A stretch of 64,000 bases of DNA from an uncultured bacterium (GTDB taxonomy: Bacteria; Bipolaricaulota; Bipolaricaulia; UBA7950; UBA9294). Every line of letters starts with the position of its first letter. Position 1 is the first letter of the stretch. Under the pieces are notes generated by a model. The model was not told the DNA's origin and ran no database searches. It worked only from the letters and a program-made list of their open reading frames with translations. Position numbers and translations under genes: made by a program. Shown here piece after piece: positions 17,224 through 27,895 of the stretch. The stretch covers positions 39,467-103,466 of the forward strand of contig CBDUVB010000002.1 of NCBI GenBank assembly GCA_965370555.1, written 5' to 3'.

Positions 17224-19011
17224 CTATTCCGGAAGGAAGAGCGGGACGCTCACTTCCCGTTCGTCATAAAGGAAGTAGCCGGTGATTTCCGTTCTGACCT
17301 TGTCGATCCCTTGCAGTCCGCTGGGAGACATGTAATCCCACGCGAAGAGCTCCACGGTGAGGGTATCGTAGCTTGGCAGTTCTTCGATCGCCTCGATGAG
17401 ATCCCCGAGTGACTCGAACTCTACGGGCGACTCCCCCTCTTCGAGGAAGCGCGGTCCGCTGTAGGCGCGCACCGTGATGTCGTCGGCCAGAAGGTCAATA
17501 GGGATCGTGATCTCTCCTTCTTGCGTCTGTTTCTCCCCGTGGTAGGTCTGCAGTTCGACGGTGTAGTAGATCGTGTCCCCTGGCTCGTAGGCGTATTGGT
17601 CGAGTTCGAGGTGGTTGATGTGCATGGCCCTTATCTCCTGCGTGATCTGCATCGAGGCGGCGATGCGCGTGATCTCGGGGGCCTGGAAGTCGTTGTACTG
17701 CAGGAAGTTGACGATCCCTGCTAACTGCCATGGCGGGTAGATCGCAATATCTTGCGTACTCAAGAAGAGATCATGCCGGTCGAGCGGAAATGGCATTCCG
17801 TCTCCCAGAATCTGATAGCTTACCTCAACTGTCCCCTGCCCGATTCGGTCGAGGGTGGCATCGATCGCTTCGAACCCGGTCGCGAGAAGGAGATTTGGCA
17901 TGATGCGCGGCTCGTCCACGAGATCTATCTGGAAGTTCTGCGAGCAATTGCGATCGAGATCGAGAACCCCTAGAGAGAGGTTGATCAGCTCTGGCTCCTC
18001 CCCGATCCGCCCCCCGATCCCTGGCATGCGATCCTCTAGGATCGTCCCGATCGACTCTCCGAGCGTCCCCAGCTTGAACGAGGCGTCGTAAGCCTTCATC
18101 GTGTCGTAGATATGGACGGTGGTAAGAGGGAAAGCAGCGGTTCCGTTTGACAGGAATGGATGGCCGAAGCCCACGATCGCATTCCCTTCTTCGTAGGTGA
18201 GGGTTCCGAGTGCCCCGATCGTGACATCGCCGCTCGCCAGTGCGACCCCGATTGCACTCCCTGGCTGGAGGGGGGCTCCCCCGTCTGTGTTGCCGGTCGC
18301 CCCACCCGCGATGGGGTTTAGACGGAGGCCGAAGGAGGAGAGTCCGGAGACGGTGGAGGGGAGTCCGGTGGGCAGAAACTTAGAGAGGAGGCCGTCCGGT
18401 GGTGTAGTGGTTCCGTCCATCAGCGTTTCGAGCGCCCGGCCGGAGAGACCGGTGACAAGGAGTGGTGAGGAGACCGGGTAGGCAAAGATCGTGTCCGGTG
18501 CTGCTTGAAGGGCGGTGATCGTGGGAGGGGCATCAACCTCAGCTAGGCTGACACCGGTGAGGAGCATCTCCTCGCTCGGACGGGAGGCGATCGACGTTCC
18601 GTTTATTACATCGATGATTTCGAGCATCTGCTCAATCGGGGTAACCAGGCCGATCGGGGTGATCTCCTTCGACCAGGAGGCGGCGCGACTCAGGGCACCG
18701 ATCATCTTCCCGTCAATGTAGATCGGGCTTCCGCTCATCCCTTGTGCGATTCCACCGGAGCGGCCGATCGCCTCCCCACTCACGCGCACGACGATGAAAT
18801 CCGTGCGTTCCCCAGGTTCGTCGATCACCCCGAGGATCTCCACGTTGAACTCGCTGATCACGTCACCAGCGACGATCGTCTTCCCGATGCCGTGCATCCC
18901 GATTTCGATCTCATCGAGGAAGAGAAAGTCCCCCCGATCATAAGCAAGCCCAGTGACGGCGATTCCAGCGATGAGCAGGGCAATAGCTACCATGCTTGTT
19001 ATTCGTTTCAT
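17224..19011 (-). CDS. S55 family peptidase (SpoIVB-like, PDZ + serine protease), signal-anchored
   Basis: 595 aa; N-terminal TM/signal MVAIALLIAGIAVTG; GMSGSPIYIDGK catalytic-serine motif characteristic of SpoIVB peptidases; adjacent to murF on the same strand. Confidence 0.7.
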   Translation of the reverse strand: MKRITSMVAIALLIAGIAVTGLAYDRGDFLFLDEIEIGMHGIGKTIVAGDVISEFNVEILGVIDEPGERTDFIVVRVSGEAIGRSGGIAQGMSGSPIYIDGKMIGALSRAASWSKEITPIGLVTPIEQMLEIIDVINGTSIASRPSEEMLLTGVSLAEVDAPPTITALQAAPDTIFAYPVSSPLLVTGLSGRALETLMDGTTTPPDGLLSKFLPTGLPSTVSGLSSFGLRLNPIAGGATGNTDGGAPLQPGSAIGVALASGDVTIGALGTLTYEEGNAIVGFGHPFLSNGTAAFPLTTVHIYDTMKAYDASFKLGTLGESIGTILEDRMPGIGGRIGEEPELINLSLGVLDLDRNCSQNFQIDLVDEPRIMPNLLLATGFEAIDATLDRIGQGTVEVSYQILGDGMPFPLDRHDLFLSTQDIAIYPPWQLAGIVNFLQYNDFQAPEITRIAASMQITQEIRAMHINHLELDQYAYEPGDTIYYTVELQTYHGEKQTQEGEITIPIDLLADDITVRAYSGPRFLEEGESPVEFESLGDLIEAIEELPSYDTLTVELFAWDYMSPSGLQGIDKVRTEITGYFLYDEREVSVPLFLPE

Positions 19012-19133
19012 GCTTCCTCCTTGCAGATCAGACGATCTCTCCAGTGTAGAATGAGTCCTTCACGGTTCTCAAGCATAAAGAAGAGGGGCACGAATCGCAA
19101 AAAGATTCCTTTGCCACGAAAAGCAGTCGGTTA

Positions 19134-20648
19134 CTAGATCCCGCGGATGAAGAAGCGGACGAGCATCAGCACGGGGATGATTTCGAGGCGGCCGATCCAC
19201 ATGTTGAAGCAGAGGGCGAGCTTGCTCACGGTTGACATAGTTGGACTGGTGATCCCGACCGACAGGCCGACATTTCCCTGCGCGCTTGCCACCTCGAATA
19301 CAACGTCGGAGAGGGTGAAATGCGGAGGTACGGTGTGCAGGAGGGTGATTATGCCTGCACCCAGGAAGATCACCCACAGGAAGGTGATCAGGGAAGCATC
19401 CTCCAATCGGTGGCCGATCTCGGACTCATCGATCGCGGTTGACCCGATGCGGAACGGAACGATCGCTCCGCGTGGAGAGATGATCTTGCGGAATCGCCAC
19501 CCGACCCCTTTTGATAGGATCAGCAGCCGCACGATCTTGATCCCCCCGGCGGTCGATCCGGCCGCACCGCCGCAGACCATTCCCCCCGCAAGAAGGAGTT
19601 TAGCCGTGGCGCTCCAAGAAGCGATATCTGCGCTCTGAAAACCCGTGCAGGTCAGCGCCGACACGAACTGAAACGCTGAGTCGCGTAGGGAGCGCAATGG
19701 TCCAAGGGCCCACCCATTCTCCAACGCGAGGAAGAGAACCCCGAAGCTCATGAGGATGAATAGCCAGCGGGTCTGCTCATCCTGCCACAGGACCTTCCCT
19801 TTTCCCTGCATCAGCCTGTAGTGCACAGCGAAACTGATCGCCCCGAAGAGCATGATTGGGATGAGCGCCAGCTCGATGGCGAGGCTATTGTAGGAAGCCA
19901 TGCTGTTATCGGTTACGGTGAACCCGCCGGTCGAGATCCCGGTCATCGCGTGATTGAGCGCTTCCCAGATCGGCATCCCCGCACCCCACAGGATGACGAT
20001 GCTGACAAAGGTATACAGAAGGAAGATCCACCACATAGTGCGCAGTGTAGAGACGATGCTCGGGTGGATCTTCTCTCCCCGCGCCTCGGCGTAGTATAGG
20101 CTGTAGTTCCCTGCCCCCGGCTGCGGGCCGGCGAGGATGGCGAGCATGAGAACGATCACACCCATCCCCCCAATCCACTCGATGAAGCTGCGCCACCACT
20201 GGAGGGTCTTCGGTAAGAGATCCGCGCGGGCGGCCATGGTCAGCCCGGTCCCGGTATAGCCGGAGACCGACTCGAAGAAGGCGCTCAACGGATCCTTGAA
20301 GTAGAGGAGAGTCGGTGAACCGAACCCATACCTCTGCGCGAAGAACGCGGTCAAGACGAACGGGAGCGATCCCAGCGCAGCGACGAGGAGCCAGCCGAAG
20401 GCAGCGATGATCATACCGTGTTTCAACTTGGTCTCTCCGGCATCGCGAAACGGGAAGTAGAGGCCTGCCCCTAGGGCGAACGAGGCAAGAGCGGTGATAA
20501 CAAGCGGGAGGAGCGCGTAGGGTTCGTGAAAGATGACCGGTACAACTAGGGAGAGAAGGGCCATCGCCCCGACTATGGGAACGAGGAGGCCAAGGTCACG
20601 CAGGATGATACGTAGGTCCGAGTTAGGGCGAAGGGTCTCTGCTATCAT
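19134..20648 (-). CDS. trkH: TrkH/KtrB family potassium uptake transporter
   Basis: 504 aa polytopic membrane protein with repeated M1-P-M2 selectivity-filter-like segments (GFTVTDNS, TCTGFQS, GNVGLSVG). Confidence 0.85.
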   Translation of the reverse strand: MIAETLRPNSDLRIILRDLGLLVPIVGAMALLSLVVPVIFHEPYALLPLVITALASFALGAGLYFPFRDAGETKLKHGMIIAAFGWLLVAALGSLPFVLTAFFAQRYGFGSPTLLYFKDPLSAFFESVSGYTGTGLTMAARADLLPKTLQWWRSFIEWIGGMGVIVLMLAILAGPQPGAGNYSLYYAEARGEKIHPSIVSTLRTMWWIFLLYTFVSIVILWGAGMPIWEALNHAMTGISTGGFTVTDNSMASYNSLAIELALIPIMLFGAISFAVHYRLMQGKGKVLWQDEQTRWLFILMSFGVLFLALENGWALGPLRSLRDSAFQFVSALTCTGFQSADIASWSATAKLLLAGGMVCGGAAGSTAGGIKIVRLLILSKGVGWRFRKIISPRGAIVPFRIGSTAIDESEIGHRLEDASLITFLWVIFLGAGIITLLHTVPPHFTLSDVVFEVASAQGNVGLSVGITSPTMSTVSKLALCFNMWIGRLEIIPVLMLVRFFIRGI

Positions 20649-21307
20649 CCGGTGAGTTTCTCGATTAGGTCATCGCTCGTTCGTTCGAGCGAGAAGAACG
20701 TGAGCACCTCATTTGTCGTGATGATCGTCTCCGGTGGGGGGATCTCCTTCTTCCCGTCATGTTCGATCGCGACCACCAGGAGTCCGGTGGGAATAGTACC
20801 ACGCTTGGCGCTATCCGCGAGTGATCGCCCAACGAGCGGCGACCCCTCGTTCACCACAAGGCGGAAGATCTGGTCCCCCTGTGAGAGGATAGTGAAGTCC
20901 TTGACCTTGAGGCGGCGTACCGCGGTGTAGAGGTGGTTAGCAACGACGTCCTCCGGGTTCTCCAACACGTTTATCCCGAGCCGGCGGAAGAACTCCGAGT
21001 GTTCCCGGTCGTTCACCACGGAGACGATGGAGGGGATCTTCAATATCTCGGCTATGGAGACAACCATCAGGTTGACCGCGTCGTCGCTGGTCGTGGCGAT
21101 GAGGGCGTCGGCTCGTTCTGAACCGGCCTCGCGCACGGTCTCCATCAGGGTACCGTTCCCGTTTAGGACTGTGATATCGTACTTATTGCTGATCTCCTTT
21201 GCTCGTGCTTCATTTGCCTCGATCACCACCACGTTGTTCTTCTCCTTGGTGGCGATATCGATCAGGCTCGACCCGATGCTCCCCGCTCCCACGATTATCA
21301 TAAACAT
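20645..21307 (-). CDS. trkA: TrkA/KtrA potassium uptake regulatory subunit (RCK N+C domains)
   Basis: 220 aa; Rossmann GxGxxG IIVGAGSIGSSL; 4-bp overlap with trkH. Confidence 0.85.
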   Translation of the reverse strand: MFMIIVGAGSIGSSLIDIATKEKNNVVVIEANEARAKEISNKYDITVLNGNGTLMETVREAGSERADALIATTSDDAVNLMVVSIAEILKIPSIVSVVNDREHSEFFRRLGINVLENPEDVVANHLYTAVRRLKVKDFTILSQGDQIFRLVVNEGSPLVGRSLADSAKRGTIPTGLLVVAIEHDGKKEIPPPETIITTNEVLTFFSLERTSDDLIEKLTG

Positions 21308-21446
21308 AGCAGATCCCTCCCAGACAAAAGGCTATAGTAGCACAGATATCATTCGTGGTCAACGAGCATGAATGATAAAATATCGATGGCAACGGCATTA
21401 ATACCCCATTGAACCTTCTCCCTCTCTCGTCTAGAATCTGGTCTTC

Positions 21447-22460
21447 ATGGCGAAAGGAACGCAGGGGAATAGGTCGGTACAGTTTCTACTGATTGTTGGG
21501 GTAATCCTCTTCTTAGGCGGCTGTCTGCAGCCGGAGACGAACATTCCGCCGACAGCAGGCTTCACAGCGCTCGCGTTGCATGACTACAGTTATGCTCCTC
21601 TCGAAATCCTGTTCGACGCGAGCAAGTCAACCGATCTGGACGGGCGGATCATCGATTACGAGTGGAATTTCGGCGATGGAACGACCGGATCGGGCGTCAC
21701 CATCTTGCACACCTACTCCTCTCCGGGGAGCCATCCGATCGAACTCATCGTCCACGATAACCGCGGGGAAAGCGGGAAGGCGAGTGGTACGGTGGCCGTG
21801 CTCGCCGTTCCCGATGGACAGATTCTCTGCCGCTACGAATGGGAATACGAGAGCGCTCCCCAATCCCTGGAGGTTCTTCTCCCGCAGCACCTCTACCAGG
21901 TCTATCACGATCAGCTGCGTCCCCCTCTCATTGGAACCTACGACTACGATGACTATGTATTGGAGTCGCGCGATGACCCGACCATCAAAGACGTGGCGCT
22001 CGCGTTGCGTAAGAGAGTCGCCGGAGATGATATTGCCTTTGCGCAGTATGCTCTCTCCTTTGTCCAAGGAGGAATCACCTACGCGCTCGACCGACCTGGA
22101 TTTGAGTATCCTCTCTACCCGTTGGAGACCCTGGTCGATCGAGTTGGCGATTGCGAGGATACGACGATTCTCTATGTAAGTCTTCTACGGGCGCTGCAGA
22201 TTCCCGTGTCGATAGCCTTTGTCGATAGCGATGGCGATGACCTTCCCGACCATGTACTAGCGCTCGTCCCGATCCCTTCTGTGACCAGTGTTGGTGGAGA
22301 CTGTCCGCCGGGGACGATCCCTGGAATCTACGAGATTTCGGGGGAGCTCTTCGCCATAGCGGAGACAGCAGCCGATCCGGTGCACAGCGGGTATCTTCCC
22401 CTGGGGTGCGACCCATGGGAAATCGGACCGGACGCGATCGAAGAGCAGTGGGACTTCTGA
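21447..22460 (+). CDS. Lipoprotein with PKD domain and transglutaminase-like cysteine-peptidase domain
   Basis: 337 aa; lipobox LFLGGC; PKD signature FDASKSTDLDGRIIDYEWNFGDGTTGSG; transglutaminase-like core DRVGDCEDTTILYVSLLRALQIPV. Confidence 0.7.
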   Translation: MAKGTQGNRSVQFLLIVGVILFLGGCLQPETNIPPTAGFTALALHDYSYAPLEILFDASKSTDLDGRIIDYEWNFGDGTTGSGVTILHTYSSPGSHPIELIVHDNRGESGKASGTVAVLAVPDGQILCRYEWEYESAPQSLEVLLPQHLYQVYHDQLRPPLIGTYDYDDYVLESRDDPTIKDVALALRKRVAGDDIAFAQYALSFVQGGITYALDRPGFEYPLYPLETLVDRVGDCEDTTILYVSLLRALQIPVSIAFVDSDGDDLPDHVLALVPIPSVTSVGGDCPPGTIPGIYEISGELFAIAETAADPVHSGYLPLGCDPWEIGPDAIEEQWDF

Positions 22461-22809
22461 AATCCTTCAATCCCTGATCCCCATTTCCTTTTAACTCCTC
22501 GCGGGTAAGTCAAGGTGGCTTAAGAGAAAGTCTGAAGAGATGGGCTTCTCGCAAAGGCACCAAGGACGCAAAGAACCTATGAGGAACCCAGGAATCCAGG
22601 AAGACTTACAAGCAGAAACTATAGAAAACTGGACTCTTTCCTGAATTCATGGCTTCCTTAGAGGGTTGCGGTTAGAGATGGTTACAGGTAACAGTAAGAG
22701 CGTGAGGAGCCTTTTTACATGACACCCATCACTGGTCGCTGGTCCACTACTTTGCCGTGCAGCCTTGAGGGAGATATGATCCCCGGTGTGAAGGAGGGAG
22801 CCATCTACG

Positions 22810-23940
22810 ATGAACTGTCTGATCGACCCACGTACACTGTTGCGGTTTGACTTTGGCCCGTTGCATCCGTTCAAAACCTACCGCCTCGGATTGACTTACG
22901 AACTGATGGAGGCCTACGGCCTCGTCGAAGAGGAAGCAGTTCGTATCTTGAAGCCGCGAATGGCTACCGATGAAGAGGTGTCACGTTTCCACACGGATGC
23001 GTATATCGAGGTCCTGCGCCTTGCCGACAGTGGCATGTGGGTCCCGAATCTGTTCTCACACGGCCTAGGGACCGGGGATAATCCGGTCTTCCCCGGCGTC
23101 TATGAGTGGGGAACCCTCGTCGCTGGGTCGTCGATCGACTGTGCGAAGGAGGTCCTCGCCGGCCGAGCCGAGATCGCGTTCAACATTGCCGGCGGGCTGC
23201 ATCATGCCATGCCCTCCCGCGCCTCGGGCTTTTGCCACATCAACGACGTCGTGCTGGCGATCGTCCCCTTGGTAGAGACGGGGAAGCGCGTAGCGTACGT
23301 GGATATCGATGCCCACCATGGCGATGGGGTGCAACACGCCTTCTACAGGACCGATCAGGTTCTCACCCTCTCAGTCCATCAGGACGGGCACACGATCTTC
23401 CCCGGGAGTGGATTTGTTAGTGAGATCGGACAGGGGGAAGGGCGCGGCTACGCGCTGAACGTTCCTCTATCCCCAGGAGCGCGGGATGACGCGTTCGAAC
23501 GTATCTTCGACGAGATCGTCTTCCCAGCCCTCGACTCCTATGCCCCGGATGTCCTGGTGACCCAACTGGGGGCCGATGCCCTGTTTGGCGATCGGGTTGC
23601 AAACTTAAGCATGAGCCTCTCTCTGTTTGAGCGATACATTGAGCGACTGCGCGCGTTGCACATCCCGTGGCTCGCCCTCGGTGGGGGAGGATATGCCGTG
23701 GAGAACGTGGCGCGTGCGTGGACCCTTGCCTGGGCGCGGATGAACGATCTGACCTTGCCGGATGGGATTCCCGTCGAATGGCAAGAGGAGGCAACCCGTT
23801 ACGGGATAAGAGTGAACAGCCTACGAGGGAAGGAGGTGGGCGATGGTCCCTCTCCTGGCTGCGTGCTGGACGAGCTCGACCGCACCGTTTGCTCGCTCAA
23901 GGAGACTGTCTTTCCGTTGATAGGGAATAACGAGTCGTGA
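22810..23940 (+). CDS. acuC: Acetoin utilisation protein AcuC / histone-deacetylase-family amidohydrolase
   Basis: 376 aa; HDAC motifs GGLHHAMPSRASGFCHIND and DIDAHHGDGVQ. Confidence 0.8.
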   Translation: MNCLIDPRTLLRFDFGPLHPFKTYRLGLTYELMEAYGLVEEEAVRILKPRMATDEEVSRFHTDAYIEVLRLADSGMWVPNLFSHGLGTGDNPVFPGVYEWGTLVAGSSIDCAKEVLAGRAEIAFNIAGGLHHAMPSRASGFCHINDVVLAIVPLVETGKRVAYVDIDAHHGDGVQHAFYRTDQVLTLSVHQDGHTIFPGSGFVSEIGQGEGRGYALNVPLSPGARDDAFERIFDEIVFPALDSYAPDVLVTQLGADALFGDRVANLSMSLSLFERYIERLRALHIPWLALGGGGYAVENVARAWTLAWARMNDLTLPDGIPVEWQEEATRYGIRVNSLRGKEVGDGPSPGCVLDELDRTVCSLKETVFPLIGNNES

Positions 23941-24391
23941 GAGGCTGTTGCATAAACCCCTTCTCCTTGCGAAACAGAAGCTTTCACCGCCGAGGACGCA
24001 GAGCACGCAGAGAGCAGAATGGGAACCTCAATGCTTTATCTCGGCGATCTTTGCGCCCTCTGCGGTAAAATGCTTGAAACTAGGATTCGAGCTTGAAGAT
24101 GAGCAGTAGAAAAGGTTTACGCAACAGGCTCATGAGCGATGAGTAACTCCCCGTTCCTTCTCTTTCCTCGTTACTCATTCTGTCTGCCGCGGGCCTTCGG
24201 CGGATCGTGGGGATAATGCCGTAGACAAGCTACAAGGGGAGAGCCCGACGAAAGATGGCTCTTTCTTAATCCCTGCCCCTTAATCCTTCAATCCTGTATC
24301 TCCCTCTCGTCACCCATCACTGCCCTCTCTTTCTTGACACCCCTAGCCTGAAAGGATAGAGTGATGACCCTTTGGAAAGAGAGGAATCACC

Positions 24392-26101
24392 ATGAGTGAA
24401 CGACATCCACAGATTAAGTCGGTGCGCGCCCGTGAGACCATTCAAGTGAGTCTATCCGATGGACGTGTCTTCGAAGGACAGCGGAACACCCCGCTTCGCG
24501 AGTTCTTTCGCCTTGCGTATGGCAATACGGAAAACCCTCCCGTTGCGGCGATCGTGCAGGAAGAACTGCGTGAGCTCGCCTGGCCGGTAGGGAATGATGT
24601 AACGGTGGAGCCTGTCTTCCTTGCCGATTCGGATGGAATGAGGATCTACTGCCGCAGCCTCTCTTTTTTGTTGATCGTGGCGACTCACGAGCTCTTCCCG
24701 GGCGTCCCTCTATTCATCGATTATTCCGTCCCTCACGGAGGTTACTTCTGCCATATAGAAGGGCGGCGCCCGTTCACCTCGGAGGAGTTGGCGAAGATCA
24801 AGGAGAGGATGCGGGCGATGGTTGCCAAGGACCTCCCGATCGAACGGCTCCGCCTCTCCGTTGAAGAGGCTGCGAAGAACTTCCTGGCGCGGAAAGAGAC
24901 GGGGAAGGTGAATCTACTGAGGAACTTAACCGAGGACCACATTCACCTCTATTCCCTGAATGGATTCCTTGACTACTTCTACGGGTATATGATTCCATCG
25001 ACCAGGTACCTAAAAACCTTTGCTCTAGAGCCCTTCTCCGATGGGTTCATCCTTCGGTTCCCACGGCGGGAGAACACAACGCGCCTTCTTCCCTCACAAC
25101 GGTTCACAGCGCTGCGCGAGGTGTTCAGCGAATACGGTAAATGGCTCAATGTGGTGAGAGTTCGCGATGTGAGCTCCCTCAACGAGGCCGTGCGCTCGCG
25201 ACGGATCGAAGAAGTTATCCTCGTTTCCGAGGCACTGCACGAACGACGAATCGCGGAGATTGCAACTGTTCTTGCCGATCGTCATGACGAGGATCACCGG
25301 ATCGTCTTCATTGCCGGCCCCTCCTCCTCGGGAAAGACGACCTTCTCCAAGCGCCTTGCGGTGCAACTTCTCGCAAACGGAATCCACCCCTATCCACTGG
25401 CAATGGACGAGTACTTCCTTCCACGGAACCAACTTATGCAAGAGGGAGAGGAGATCGACTTCGATTCCTTTGCTGCGCTCGATCTTCCGTTCTTCGAGGA
25501 GCAACTGCGCGACCTCCTGCATGGGAAGGAAGTGAAGCTTCCTCATTACGACTTTAAGAGTGGGAAGCGCGTAGCCGGCCCGACAATCAAACTAAGGCCG
25601 GATCAGATTCTAATCGTGGAGGGAATCCATGGCCTGAACCCACACCTTTTGGAAGGTTTTCCCAGGGAGATGATCTACCGTATCTTCGTCTCTGCGCTGA
25701 CGCAGCTCAATCTGGATCGCCATAACCGTATTCCGACCACAGATACGCGTCTCATCCGCCGCATCGTGCGCGACGCTGTCTACCGTGGCTACGACGCGGA
25801 GGGAACCCTGGCGATGTGGGAGAACGTGCGTTGCGGGGAGAAACAGAACATCTTTCCCTACCAAGAACAGGCCGATGTGATGTTCAACTCCGCGCTCGTC
25901 TACGAGTTGGCCATCTTGAAGCCACTCGTCGAACCGCTTCTTCTGCAGGTCAGACGAACACGATTGAGGATCGAGGCCGAGCGCTTGCTGGCCTTTCTCG
26001 GGTGGTTCGAAGCGTATCCCATCGGGAACATCCCGGGAAACTCGATCCTGCGCGAATTTGTCGGCGGTTCGACCTTGCGAAACTTCACACCGGAGATGTA
26101 G
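24392..26101 (+). CDS. Uridine kinase/phosphoribulokinase-family P-loop kinase fused to N-terminal ThrRS-like TGS + SAD-like domains
   Basis: 569 aa; N-terminal TGS-like IQVSLSDGRVFEGQRNTPLREF; C-terminal kinase P-loop FIAGPSSSGKTTFSKRL and LIVEGIHGLNP. Confidence 0.6.
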   Translation: MSERHPQIKSVRARETIQVSLSDGRVFEGQRNTPLREFFRLAYGNTENPPVAAIVQEELRELAWPVGNDVTVEPVFLADSDGMRIYCRSLSFLLIVATHELFPGVPLFIDYSVPHGGYFCHIEGRRPFTSEELAKIKERMRAMVAKDLPIERLRLSVEEAAKNFLARKETGKVNLLRNLTEDHIHLYSLNGFLDYFYGYMIPSTRYLKTFALEPFSDGFILRFPRRENTTRLLPSQRFTALREVFSEYGKWLNVVRVRDVSSLNEAVRSRRIEEVILVSEALHERRIAEIATVLADRHDEDHRIVFIAGPSSSGKTTFSKRLAVQLLANGIHPYPLAMDEYFLPRNQLMQEGEEIDFDSFAALDLPFFEEQLRDLLHGKEVKLPHYDFKSGKRVAGPTIKLRPDQILIVEGIHGLNPHLLEGFPREMIYRIFVSALTQLNLDRHNRIPTTDTRLIRRIVRDAVYRGYDAEGTLAMWENVRCGEKQNIFPYQEQADVMFNSALVYELAILKPLVEPLLLQVRRTRLRIEAERLLAFLGWFEAYPIGNIPGNSILREFVGGSTLRNFTPEM

Positions 26102-26222
26102 TGGGCGATCTGTTGGGATGATTTTCCGGCACTATTTGGCGGATGAGAGCACGGATATGCCGAGCGTCTTTACATTGCTTGCTTTATCGGATAGAATGAA
26201 AGCTGAAAAGGGGGTGAAAGAG

Positions 26223-26393
26223 ATGGCTGAGAAGAAGATGCTTGATAAAATCTCAATATACATTCCACAGAAGAAGATGGAAGAACGGCCCGTCGAGCGT
26301 TTGATCCGGCTCGGCGCTAAGAAGGATCGCTCGATCAACTATCTAGTCGTAGAGGCAATTTTAGAATATCTAGCCAGAGAAGAGAAGAGATGA
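26223..26393 (+). CDS. Ribbon-helix-helix (CopG/Arc-like) small DNA-binding protein
   Basis: 56 aa from ATG 26223 (RBS GGGGGTGAAAG); KISIYIPQKKMEE...SINYLVVEAILEYL fits the beta-strand + two-helix RHH pattern; longer ORF-track start 26058 has no RBS. Confidence 0.45.
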   Translation: MAEKKMLDKISIYIPQKKMEERPVERLIRLGAKKDRSINYLVVEAILEYLAREEKR

Positions 26394-26423
26394 CCCTCCT
26401 TACCTGCTAGGCCGAGTGGATGT

Positions 26424-26470
26424 CCGGCCTCTTCGCTTTCTATTAGCGGAGAGGCCGGATATTCTTTAAT
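26424..26470 (+). terminator. Rho-independent terminator-like hairpin downstream of the RHH gene
   Basis: 13-bp stem ccggcctcttcgc / gcggagaggccgg (1 mismatch) with 9-nt loop, followed by atattctttaat. Confidence 0.45.
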
Positions 26471-26668
26471 AGGGAGAGTTCCCGCCTTCTTATTGCGACG
26501 CCATATTGTGTTGATCGCGCACAAAAGGGAAAGATCTCAGGGTGTCGGCGTTCTTCCCCACCCGTTCTTCCGCTATGAGTATGACTGGTCATCTTATAGC
26601 CACAACAGCACGTAGAGAGAATGAGCCTCCTTCGCTTTTTCGGCAAGGGAAGCTAAACTCTACACGCG

Positions 26669-27895
26669 ATGAGCGAAGAACACATCTACACCATCTCGGA
26701 ATTGAACAAGAAGGCGAGAGGGCTCCTTGAACAGGAGATCGGCCCGATCTGGCTTCAAGGGGAGGTCTCGAACTTCACCCGTGCCCCCTCTGGACACCTC
26801 TACTTCACTCTGAAGGACTCAAAGGCGGAGATCTCCGCAGTCCGCTTCAAGGGACGCTCCGCCCTTCTTCCCACCCCGATCGTCGAGAACGGAATGGAGA
26901 TCATCGCCTACGGAAGGCTGACCCTCTACGAACCGCGCGGCCGCTACCAGTTCATCATCTCCCTTATCCAGCTGGCAGGCGTGGGGAGTCTGCAGCTCTC
27001 CTTCGAGCAGTTGAAGAAGAAACTGAAGGCGGAAGGACTGTTTGACGAGAGCCACAAGAAACCTCTCCCTCAACTTCCCAAACGGATCGGTGTTGTTACC
27101 TCCCCAACTGGGGCAGCAATCCGCGATATCCTGTCGGTTCTCAAGCGCCGTTGGCCGTTGGTAGAGGTCTACCTCTTCGGAAGCTCGGTGCAGGGCAAGG
27201 CGGCCGCCGAAGAGATCGTCGCGGCAATCGGGCAGGCAAAGACGTTCAGCAGCACTCATCTTTCCCTAGATCTATTGATAATCGGACGCGGGGGAGGATC
27301 TCTCGAAGACCTCGCCGTATTCAACGATGAGAGGGTAGCACGAGCGGTCTTTGCCTGCGAGATCCCTGTCGTCTCGGCGGTCGGGCACGAGATCGACTTT
27401 GTCATCTCCGACTTTGTTGCCGACCTGCGCGCTCCTACCCCCTCGGCTGCCGCGGAACTCATCATCCCCGATCGCTCGGAGATCCTTTCCTCTGTCACCT
27501 CCCTCTTCCGGCAGAGTCTGCGCCGTATGCGCACCCTCCTCGACCAGCGGGATAGAATTCTCACCACGAGCCTGAAGGGATATCTATTTCGCATCCCCGC
27601 CCGCAAGGTCGATACGCTAAATCAGCGCCTCGATATCTCCTTGGAGAGACTCCTCCGATCGACCAAGGGAGCATTGAAGGAGCGCGTGCAAAAGGAAGAG
27701 AAGCTTGAAGGGATCCTACAACTATGCGATCCTAACCTCCCTCTTCGCCGTGGCTATTCCCTTACTTTTATTCCAGGTGAGACAAGGCCTCTGCGGGATG
27801 GGGGGGCGCTCTCGCCCGGGGACGAGATCGAGACCAGATTGCTTCGAACGACCATCCTCTCCCGAGTCAAGGAGGTGAAGAAAATTGCCGATTGA
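26669..27895 (+). CDS. xseA: Exodeoxyribonuclease VII large subunit
   Basis: 408 aa; OB-fold N-terminus WLQGEVSNF...GHLYFTLKD and catalytic core typical of XseA. Confidence 0.9.
   Translation: MSEEHIYTISELNKKARGLLEQEIGPIWLQGEVSNFTRAPSGHLYFTLKDSKAEISAVRFKGRSALLPTPIVENGMEIIAYGRLTLYEPRGRYQFIISLIQLAGVGSLQLSFEQLKKKLKAEGLFDESHKKPLPQLPKRIGVVTSPTGAAIRDILSVLKRRWPLVEVYLFGSSVQGKAAAEEIVAAIGQAKTFSSTHLSLDLLIIGRGGGSLEDLAVFNDERVARAVFACEIPVVSAVGHEIDFVISDFVADLRAPTPSAAAELIIPDRSEILSSVTSLFRQSLRRMRTLLDQRDRILTTSLKGYLFRIPARKVDTLNQRLDISLERLLRSTKGALKERVQKEEKLEGILQLCDPNLPLRRGYSLTFIPGETRPLRDGGALSPGDEIETRLLRTTILSRVKEVKKIAD

Noticed and set aside
21308-21446. Possible c-di-AMP (ydaO/kimA-type) riboswitch in the 139-nt leader upstream of trkA-trkH
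   Set aside because: Potassium transporters are classical ydaO riboswitch targets, but the leader lacks a recognisable ydaO consensus and pseudoknot pattern by eye; needs an Infernal scan.
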